This document shows positions 1-7,772 of a DNA stretch of 64,000 nt, one piece after another (the first letter of the stretch is position 1; every line of letters begins with the position of its first letter). Source of the stretch: an uncultured Chloroflexia bacterium. GTDB taxonomy: Bacteria; Chloroflexota; Anaerolineae; Anaerolineales; Anaerolineaceae. The notes below the pieces were generated by a model. That model was not told where the DNA came from and did no database searches. It saw only the letters and a list, made by a program, of their open reading frames with translations. The stretch covers positions 287,007 through 351,006 of the forward strand of contig CAVSZZ010000001.1 of the NCBI GenBank assembly GCA_963732595.1. Direction: 5' to 3'. The position numbers and the translations under genes were made by a program.

Positions 1-84
1 ATCCGCATCGCTTCCATGGAGATACAGGAACCCAACCTCGAAGCGGTCTTCCTGCACCTGACCGGCCGGGCACTGCGCGATTAA
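1..84 (+). CDS. ABC transporter ATP-binding protein, C-terminal fragment (gene starts upstream of the window)
   Basis: Frame 1 reads IRIASMEIQEPNLEAVFLHLTGRALRD* with TAA at 82-84. This tail is typical of ABC-2/DrrA-type ATPases. An AAGGAG RBS overlaps the stop, and two ABC-2 permease genes follow. Confidence 0.6.
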   Translation: MRIASMEIQEPNLEAVFLHLTGRALRD

Positions 85-94
85 GGAGAGCATC

Positions 95-1351
95 ATGAAA
101 AAGATCTTCTTGATCGGCTGGAAAGACGTCAAATTGGTTTTCAGGGACAAGGCGGCGCTCATCTTCATGCTGGTGGCTCCCTTTGCGCTGACCCTGGGAA
201 TGGGATTGGTCACCGGCAACCTGGGATCCAACAACACCACGATCCTCAGCGATATCCCGGTCGTCATCGTAAACCAGGATCAATCCAGGCTCGGTAACAC
301 ACTGGTCGATATCTTTCAATCCGAAGACCTGGCAGAGCTCGTAGATGTGGAGCTTTCAGATGATGCAGCTTATGCGCGCACCCATGTCAACAACAATGAG
401 GCTGCCGCGGCTGTGATCATTCCAGCCGGGTTCACCGCATCGATCATCCCAGAGGCAGGCACCACCCTGGCTAGCGACCCGGTTAAGATCGAAGTCTATT
501 CAAACCCCACCCGCCCCACCAGTTCAGGATTCATCCAAACCATCGTGGCTGCATTCATCAACCAGGTTGAAGCCGGGCGCATCGGCGCCGAAGTCACCAT
601 TGCGCAATTGCTGAATAATGGCTTGATCCAACCTCAGGACGTGCCTGCCTTTGCCGGCCAGATCGGTGAAAGCCAGGCGAAGCTGGCAGCCAGCCAGAAA
701 GCCATCCTGGTCGAAGGCATTACACCCAGCGGCGAAACCGTTGAGTTCAATGCGATGGCATACCTGGCGCCGGGTTATGCCCTGCTGTTCCTGATGTACA
801 CGGCCACCAACGCCGGCCGCATGCTGCTCGTGGAAAAACGACAGGGCACCCTGCCGCGCCTGCTGGTATCACCCACCACCGCCGCGCAGGTCCTGACCGG
901 AAAAATGATCGGTTCTTATATGACCGGCATGCTGCAAATGCTGATCCTGATCGTGGCAAGCTCCATCCTCTTTCAATTGAAATGGGGTGATCCGTTCGCC
1001 GTGCTCATCCTGGTCCTGGCATCCGTTTTTGGGGCTGTCGGTTGGGGCATGCTGCTCTCCGCGCTCATTAAAACTCCCGGACAGGCTGCCTCGGTCGGGT
1101 CGGCCTTGATGCTGACCTTTGGCATCCTCGGCGGATCCTTCTTCGATCTTGGCGCGCTGCCGGAGTGGGTCCAGACGATCGCCAAGATCACCCCGAATTA
1201 CTGGGGTCAGGACGGCTTTATGACGCTGGCACTGGGTGCCGGGATGGGGCAAATTTGGAAACCCCTGCTGGCGCTGACGATCATGGGCCTGGTCCTGTTC
1301 ATCGTTTCCTCCCAGCTGTTCAAACGACGTGGATTGATGGAAGCCAAGTGA
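95..1351 (+). CDS. ABC-2 type transporter permease
   Basis: 418-aa ORF. It has an N-terminal TM helix, a large ~200-aa extracytoplasmic loop and a C-terminal bundle of 5 TM helices (ABC-2 membrane topology). It sits directly after the ATPase tail. Confidence 0.8.
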   Translation: MKKIFLIGWKDVKLVFRDKAALIFMLVAPFALTLGMGLVTGNLGSNNTTILSDIPVVIVNQDQSRLGNTLVDIFQSEDLAELVDVELSDDAAYARTHVNNNEAAAAVIIPAGFTASIIPEAGTTLASDPVKIEVYSNPTRPTSSGFIQTIVAAFINQVEAGRIGAEVTIAQLLNNGLIQPQDVPAFAGQIGESQAKLAASQKAILVEGITPSGETVEFNAMAYLAPGYALLFLMYTATNAGRMLLVEKRQGTLPRLLVSPTTAAQVLTGKMIGSYMTGMLQMLILIVASSILFQLKWGDPFAVLILVLASVFGAVGWGMLLSALIKTPGQAASVGSALMLTFGILGGSFFDLGALPEWVQTIAKITPNYWGQDGFMTLALGAGMGQIWKPLLALTIMGLVLFIVSSQLFKRRGLMEAK

Positions 1352-1358
1352 GGAAACC

Positions 1359-2555
1359 ATGAAAAAGATATTCGCCATCATCTGGAAAGACACGATCATC
1401 CGTTTTGCGTCCATCTATGAGTGGTTGTTCTTCCTGATCCTGCCCATCATTTTCACCATGGTGCTGGCAGGCGGTACGGGTGGATCTTCCGATCAACGCG
1501 TACAACTCCTGGTGGTCGACCAGGCGCAATCCCCCCTGTCTGAGCGCTTGATCGCCTCCCTCGAAGAATCTGACACGGTGCGGCCCGAATTGACCGATCT
1601 GGAAAAAGCGGAAGAACTTTTCGCGAATCGCCGCGCATCATCCATCCTGGTCATCCCACCGGCTTTTACACTTGAAAACATCATCCAGGCGCCCGTGACG
1701 CTTGAAGTAAGGGAACAGATCAATAACCTGAATGCCATGGTGGCTCAGCGCGAAGTTGAAGCCATTGTCGGGAGGACCAGCAGCTCGCTGCAGATCGCCT
1801 CTTCCAGCGTCGCCCAGGCTGAGAACATCCGTCCCTTTTCAACGGCTGCAGACAAACAAACTTATTACCAGGTTGCGCTGGATGATGCGGAGCGATTAAT
1901 GACCGAAGCGCCGGATCGCCTGGAAGTAGTCAAGGGAGACACACCCGATCTGATCGAATACGATCCCAAAACCAATTCCTCTGCCGGGCAGTTGATCACC
2001 TGGGTATTCATCCCCCTGATCGGCCTCTCCGGTATGCTGTGTTATGAAAGAGAAAAAGGCACCTTGAGGCGGCTCTTAACCACCCCGACCACCAAGGCCA
2101 CCTTCATGGTCGCAACGATCACCGGCCAGGTACTGATCGCCCTGGGCCAGATGGCCCTGCTGATCACCTTCGGCATCCTGGTGATGCATGTCAACTGGGG
2201 CAGGAACCTGCCTGCTTTAACGGTCATGCTGGTAGCGTCTGCCATTGCAGGTGCCGCCTTGGGAACCATGCTGGGTGCATTTGTCAAGAATGAGAACCAG
2301 GCTTCCGGGCTATCCATCCTGATCGGCATGCTGACAGCCCTGCTGGGAGGCTGCTGGTACCCGCTTGAACTCTTCCCGGCAGCGGTTCAGAATATCGTGA
2401 AAGTCCTGCCCACCACCTGGGCCATGCAGGGCATGCTGGATGTGGGCATGCGCGGAGCGGATGTGGCCGGCATCCTGCCGGAAGCCGGTGTTTTACTGGC
2501 TTTCGCGGTCGTTTTCTTCGTGGTCGGACTGCTGCGGTTCCGTTACGAGAACTGA
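1359..2555 (+). CDS. ABC-2 type transporter permease (paralogous second subunit)
   Basis: 398-aa ORF starting 8 nt after the previous stop. It has the same architecture as 95-1351 (MKKIF..IWKD N-terminus, large loop, C-terminal TM bundle). Confidence 0.8.
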   Translation: MKKIFAIIWKDTIIRFASIYEWLFFLILPIIFTMVLAGGTGGSSDQRVQLLVVDQAQSPLSERLIASLEESDTVRPELTDLEKAEELFANRRASSILVIPPAFTLENIIQAPVTLEVREQINNLNAMVAQREVEAIVGRTSSSLQIASSSVAQAENIRPFSTAADKQTYYQVALDDAERLMTEAPDRLEVVKGDTPDLIEYDPKTNSSAGQLITWVFIPLIGLSGMLCYEREKGTLRRLLTTPTTKATFMVATITGQVLIALGQMALLITFGILVMHVNWGRNLPALTVMLVASAIAGAALGTMLGAFVKNENQASGLSILIGMLTALLGGCWYPLELFPAAVQNIVKVLPTTWAMQGMLDVGMRGADVAGILPEAGVLLAFAVVFFVVGLLRFRYEN

Positions 2556-2584
2556 TCAGTATTCCAGGCGAAGTAAGCCAAAAT

Positions 2585-2610
2585 AAGAGCGATCCATGGA
2601 TCGCTCTTTT
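2585..2610. terminator. Bidirectional intrinsic terminator between convergent genes
   Basis: Perfect stem agagcgatc/gatcgctct around a catg loop. It is flanked by an A-run upstream and TTTT downstream, so a U-tract follows the hairpin on both strands. Confidence 0.6.
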
Positions 2611-2638
2611 CATTCCTATTATTACTCCTCATAATCAT

Positions 2639-4142
2639 TCATGGTCTAAACACCTGCGGCAGGTAGACAACCGGGGGCAGGAATTCACTTGCACCGATAT
2701 CGGCATGGCTGATACCGTTTTGATCGCCATCGACCATCTTGAACATGCGCTGGTCCAGGTACGATGGGTCTGTACCGGGATCAGCCTGGTCTATGGCGAT
2801 GCTGCCGTTCGCTGGCGGAGCGGTGAAGCTGAACCCTCCATAATCACCCAGGCTCCTGAGTATTGGGTTGGTTCCGGGGTGGTCAGTGATTTCGGTCAAA
2901 TGACAGGTTGCATCACTGGCAATATTGAATCCCTGGCTCGTGAGCGCTGCCTCCGGAGAGGAAAGCTCGCAAGCATCACTATCATTCGTAGCGGTGATGA
3001 TCGAGTTTTTTATGCTGATCGAACCGGAAGTTATCTTTACAACTGTGGTTTCCCCTCCACTCGTCGTGTTGCCTGTAATGGTCACGTGATCCAACAGGCC
3101 GACCAGTGGCGTCGTATAATTTATGGCAGTTATTCCGGGATAGGCGGTGGCTGTATTATTCGCGATCGTTACATTTCTGAGTGTGTAATTGCCGGAGTTA
3201 AAAGACAACGATCCACCAAAAATCGCTTCATTTCCACTCACTTCCGTTCCAGTAATCATTACAGACCCATAATAGTTCGTCAGGGCACTGCCTGAATTGG
3301 CGGTATTCCCCCGGATGACACTGTATTCCATACTCACTGTGGCACCGGTGTTAAATATCGCCGCCTCCCTGGCCTGCTGTGTTATCGACGAAGACAGCAT
3401 GGTACAGCTTGATCACTCCCGATGTTGAAGTGAAAAGACCGCCGCCAGAAGTCGTGGCAGTATTCGAGAAAAACTGGACTTCGTTGACATTCATGCTGGT
3501 GTCAAAGACATGCACCCCACCCCCCACCGTTGCACTGTTCCCATGGATGATGCTGGAATTGATCGTGACAGTTGCGTCGAGTGCCGCCAAGCCACCACCG
3601 GCATCTTCGGCAGTGTTCAAATCCAGGAGGACTCCAAACAGATTTACGCTGGTATTCATTCTCGCATTGACGCCACCACCTGTTTCATAAAGCCCACTTG
3701 CATTTCCATTTCTGATGGTCAGCAGATAGGGGGTGACAGTTCCATCATGAACATCAAGAACACGATCTGCAGCATCGCCGTCGATGATCGTGGTGAACAT
3801 GTCATCCCCGATGATATACAACCCGCCAGGATAAGTTATGTCAAGGTCCCCACTGGCATTCGCGTCTTCGTTGGAGCCATGTGACGTCAAAGTATAAGTA
3901 TACGGTCCAAGCATGATGTAGTAATCCGGAGAAGGATCACTTGTGTCTGCATTGACAAGTGAGATGGCTCCCCTGAGGCTGCAATCATGATCCGCCAGGG
4001 TGCAGGCGGTTTTTGTCGGATCATCGACTGTCGTATCGACATCGATCGTATAAAAGACAGCCCGGGCTGTGTTCACCCGGGAAAATGCCCAAGGTGTAGC
4101 AAGAAGCACGGCAATCATCATGATTTTGATCCATTTTTTCAT
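2639..4142 (-). pseudogene. Secreted right-handed beta-helix protein (CSLREA-type N-terminus, choice-of-anchor-Q-like C-terminus), interrupted by a frameshift
   Basis: ORFs 3351-4205 (N-terminal part) and 2639-3400 (C-terminal part) overlap in different frames and together equal the 510-aa paralogues. Start placed at 4142 (MKKWIKIMMIAVLL signal peptide, GGGAG RBS). Shows CSLRGAI motif, GGG/GGA beta-helix repeats and a DIGASEF C-terminal motif. The frame switch lies near 3355-3375. Confidence 0.65.
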
Positions 4143-4296
4143 AGGAAATCTCCCTGGGTAATGTAGTAATTCATATATAATGACTATTATCATCTTTTTT
4201 ATCATATTATCAAGGGGGATATTACTGACTATATTTCGACTAGTACCAGCCGATAAATATCGAGGTATAAAGGAAGAGCAAACTGAATGCTCTTCC

Positions 4297-4329
4297 AGCG
4301 AGAGCGAATATCAGCTATTCGCTCTCGCT
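4297..4329. other. Perfect 14-bp stem-loop between beta-helix paralogues
   Basis: agcgagagcgaata / tcagc loop / tattcgctctcgct. The T-rich tail lies on the + strand although both neighbouring genes are on the - strand, so its function (terminator or RNA stability element) is unclear. Confidence 0.4.
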
Positions 4330-4369
4330 TTATATTGACCCTCTGTAAATTAACCGTTTGGAAGGGTCC

Positions 4370-5902
4370 TTATGGGTTGATGATAACTGGCAAATACTGT
4401 TTGGTTGTCAGGAATTCGGCTGCGCCGATATCCGGCAAGATAGAACCATTCAGGTCTCCGTCCTCGCGTATCGCACCGCGCTGGTCAATGTCACCCGGCA
4501 GAAAAGTCGGATTGGCATTGTCGATGGTTATGCTGCCCCCCAGTGGAGCCGCGATCAACATACCACCGTAATATCCCGGCGTGGCCAGCTGTGGATCAGT
4601 GGAAGGATGGTCATGCGGCTGAGTTAGATTACAGGACTCATCGCCTGCAATGTTGTAGTCGGCGCTGATCACCTCGGAAATGGGAGAATTGAAACCACAG
4701 GCGTCGTTACCGTCGTTACCATCATTGTTATTAATGATTGAATTCATTAATACAACCGAGCCAGCGAATACAGTGATTGATGCAAATGAACCTGTAGACT
4801 GGTTTCCGACAATCGTGACATGATCAAGAGTCCCGGTATATCCGTCACCCGCGTAAAGAATAGCAGAAAATCCCGCCGATGTGTTATTTACGATCGTGAC
4901 ATCGGTCAAGCTGAAGTTGCTGTTGCCGAAGGTCATCGTTGCACCAAGCTGGGAAACGTTACCAGTAACAAAAGCCCGTTCCATGGAAAATGCTCCAGTC
5001 GTCTGAATTGCAGCACCATCTATTGCGCTATTGTTAATGAATCCGCTATCAAATATTTGAAGGTTTCCATCGGAATCGTTTTTGATACCCCCTCCGGAAG
5101 CTGAAGCAGAATTATCTTTATATAGTGATGCAGAAATGATGGCATTACTCCCTCCGACAATCGTTAATCCACCCCCGTCACCGATGTCGTTATGATTATT
5201 TTCAAACGTGACCCCGAGGATGATCAGAGCTGCAGAATCAACATATGCACCACCGCCATGATTATATGCCTGGTTGTCCCTTACACTGCAAATATAAAAT
5301 AACACTGAAGCGTGATCTGAATATATCCCCCCCCCATTGAAATAGGCGATGTTATCAGAAACATCCACCCCATACAATTCCAAGGCAGAGAACGGTTGTA
5401 AGAAGATGCCACCACCATTTTCTGAAGACCCACTGGCAGTACCTGACCTGACGGACAGCATGGATAACTTTAACGTGCCTGAATGAACCTCGATCACCCT
5501 GTCAGCATGCTCGCCATTAATGATCGAGATGAGACCTCCCGCTCCTTCTATAATTAAAACACCGGAATAATTAATATCCAGGTCACCGGTAACGTTCCCG
5601 TCTTCATTGGTGCCATGATTCGTTAAAGTGTAGGTCGCCCCCGCTAAAACGATGTGATATTCGGGTTTCGGAATGGTCGGGTCGGCGTTGACATGCATGA
5701 TCGCACCCCGCAGACTGCAATCATTCGCCAACACGGAAATACATGCGGTTTTTGTTGGATCATCACCCAGAAAATCCACCGTCAATGTGTAAGTAACTGC
5801 CTGGACCGGTTTCACCTTAATAAATAAACTGGACATGACCAGAACTGTAACGACGACCAGCGATAGTATTCGCTTCATCGTGATACGAATCGTTGGTGTC
5901 AT
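4370..5902 (-). CDS. Secreted beta-helix protein (CSLREA-type N-terminus, choice-of-anchor-Q-like C-terminus)
   Basis: 510 aa. AGGTGAGG RBS before the ATG at 5902. Signal peptide ...KVKPVQA, CSLRGAIMHVNA motif, TGDLDI motif, repeated GGGI/GGA beta-helix turns, and C-terminal DQRG...DIGAAEF. Confidence 0.8.
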   Translation of the reverse strand: MTPTIRITMKRILSLVVVTVLVMSSLFIKVKPVQAVTYTLTVDFLGDDPTKTACISVLANDCSLRGAIMHVNADPTIPKPEYHIVLAGATYTLTNHGTNEDGNVTGDLDINYSGVLIIEGAGGLISIINGEHADRVIEVHSGTLKLSMLSVRSGTASGSSENGGGIFLQPFSALELYGVDVSDNIAYFNGGGIYSDHASVLFYICSVRDNQAYNHGGGAYVDSAALIILGVTFENNHNDIGDGGGLTIVGGSNAIISASLYKDNSASASGGGIKNDSDGNLQIFDSGFINNSAIDGAAIQTTGAFSMERAFVTGNVSQLGATMTFGNSNFSLTDVTIVNNTSAGFSAILYAGDGYTGTLDHVTIVGNQSTGSFASITVFAGSVVLMNSIINNNDGNDGNDACGFNSPISEVISADYNIAGDESCNLTQPHDHPSTDPQLATPGYYGGMLIAAPLGGSITIDNANPTFLPGDIDQRGAIREDGDLNGSILPDIGAAEFLTTKQYLPVIINP

Positions 5903-6077
5903 ATAAGCCTCACCTGATCCACTATTGTTTCCTGTATTATCGTTTAATAAAGGTCGAATTTCGACCCTTTATGGAGCATTAATTAAATTCGCCATTGGAT
6001 ACCTGGAAATTCCAGACCTGTAAGATGATCTGTTTCCAGCAATCAGTTTCAATCGATTTCTATCCTTAATACTTTGT

Positions 6078-7610
6078 CTATGGCTTTCTAAGAACCGGTA
6101 AATACTGCTTGGCTGTCAGGAATTCAGCTGCGCCGATATCCGGCAAGATAGAACCATTCAGGTCCCCGTCCTGTCTTAATACCCCGCGCTGGTCGATGTC
6201 ACCCGGCAGAAAAGTCGGATTGGCATTGTCGATGGCGATGCTGCCCCCCAGTGGAGCCGCGATCAACATACCACCGTAATATCCCGGTATGGCCAGCTGT
6301 GGATCGGTGGATGGATGGTCATGCACCTGGGTTAAATTACACGATGCATCATTGGCGATGTTGTAATCAGAGCTGATCAGATAGGAATTTGGATTGGGAT
6401 ATGCACAGGCGCTGTTCCCATCTGTGGCATGAATGATCGAATTCATAACGCCAATAGTTCCCGATTGTACGAAAAGTGGGGCCCGGCCACCATAAGAAGT
6501 GTTCCCGGTTATCGTGACATGATCCAAAGTTCCGTTGGTTACACCGGTAATAGGATTCATGACATAGACACCGGAAAATCCATCTGATATGTTGTTGGCA
6601 ACCGTAACATCGGTCAAGCTGAAGGTGCCAGATCCTGTAAGACCTGCTCCTAGTGTCTCGGACACGTTACCACTGATATACGCACGCTCCAGGGTGAATA
6701 TTCCATCGGTGTAAATGCCCGCGCCACCATAAGCGTAATTATCAATAATCGCGCTATCGAAAATATTCAACGTATGACCAATGGCTAAATAGATACCCCC
6801 GCCAAACTCAGCATTATTGTCAATAAATACCGAATTATAGATATTGGTTGTCATGCTGCTGCCGTATGCGGCCAAACCCCCGCCTGAGGTGCCGGGCAGT
6901 GTTGTATTCCCGGAGAGTGTCACCCCGATAATGGTCGAGGTTGATTCCTGGAGATGTATTCCACCCCCGCCGCCACCTGCCTGGTTATTGCGGATGCTGC
7001 ATAAATACATGAAAAGTGTGGCTTGGTCTGTATATATTCCTCCTCCACTATGACTGGTTACATTGTCTGAGACGTCCACACCCAATAACGACAAGGAAGT
7101 TCCCGGGCGGGCAAAGATCCCGGCACCGGGTTCCACCAGCACACTGGAATTTCCATGCCGTACCGATAGATTGGTTAACGTCAAGGTCCCGTAATACAGA
7201 TGGATCACCCGGTCTGCCAGATCGCCGTCAATGATGGTGGTGGCTGCGCTGGCGCCTTCTATGAAAACCAAGCCCCCCGCATATTGAATATCCAGGTCGC
7301 CGGTGACATTCCCATTTTCGTTCGCGCCATGGTTCGTCAAGGTGTAAGTAAACTCCCCCAATTGAATGTGGTATTCAGGTTTCGGGAGGGTCGCGTCAGC
7401 GTTGACATGCATGATCGCACCCCGCAGGCTGCAATCATCAATCGCATTCGTACAGGCGGATTTGGTGGGATCATCGCCCAGGAAATCTGTGACCAGGATG
7501 ATGGAAGCTGCCTGGACAGGCTTGACTTGAAGTATTAATCCTGAACCAACCAGGACAGTGATGATTACAAGAGAGGTTAACCTTTTTACCCAGATACGAT
7601 TTTTAATCAT
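6078..7610 (-). CDS. Secreted beta-helix protein, tandem paralogue of 4370-5902
   Basis: 510 aa with the same motifs. It is the same length as 4370-5902 and lies exactly 1708 nt from it. The last ~250 nt are near-identical at DNA level. Confidence 0.8.
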   Translation of the reverse strand: MIKNRIWVKRLTSLVIITVLVGSGLILQVKPVQAASIILVTDFLGDDPTKSACTNAIDDCSLRGAIMHVNADATLPKPEYHIQLGEFTYTLTNHGANENGNVTGDLDIQYAGGLVFIEGASAATTIIDGDLADRVIHLYYGTLTLTNLSVRHGNSSVLVEPGAGIFARPGTSLSLLGVDVSDNVTSHSGGGIYTDQATLFMYLCSIRNNQAGGGGGGIHLQESTSTIIGVTLSGNTTLPGTSGGGLAAYGSSMTTNIYNSVFIDNNAEFGGGIYLAIGHTLNIFDSAIIDNYAYGGAGIYTDGIFTLERAYISGNVSETLGAGLTGSGTFSLTDVTVANNISDGFSGVYVMNPITGVTNGTLDHVTITGNTSYGGRAPLFVQSGTIGVMNSIIHATDGNSACAYPNPNSYLISSDYNIANDASCNLTQVHDHPSTDPQLAIPGYYGGMLIAAPLGGSIAIDNANPTFLPGDIDQRGVLRQDGDLNGSILPDIGAAEFLTAKQYLPVLRKP

Positions 7611-7772
7611 ATTCGTTACCTCATTTAGGAGTATTATAACCTTATATGTCTTATTAGCAAATTAATATCAATATTCTAATGTAACCATTGGTAGTTCATA
7701 TAGCTACCACCCCCCGCATTTCACGACCTTCCAATGATAAAATGGACCATCCATCCCGCTCAGAGGTGCTCA

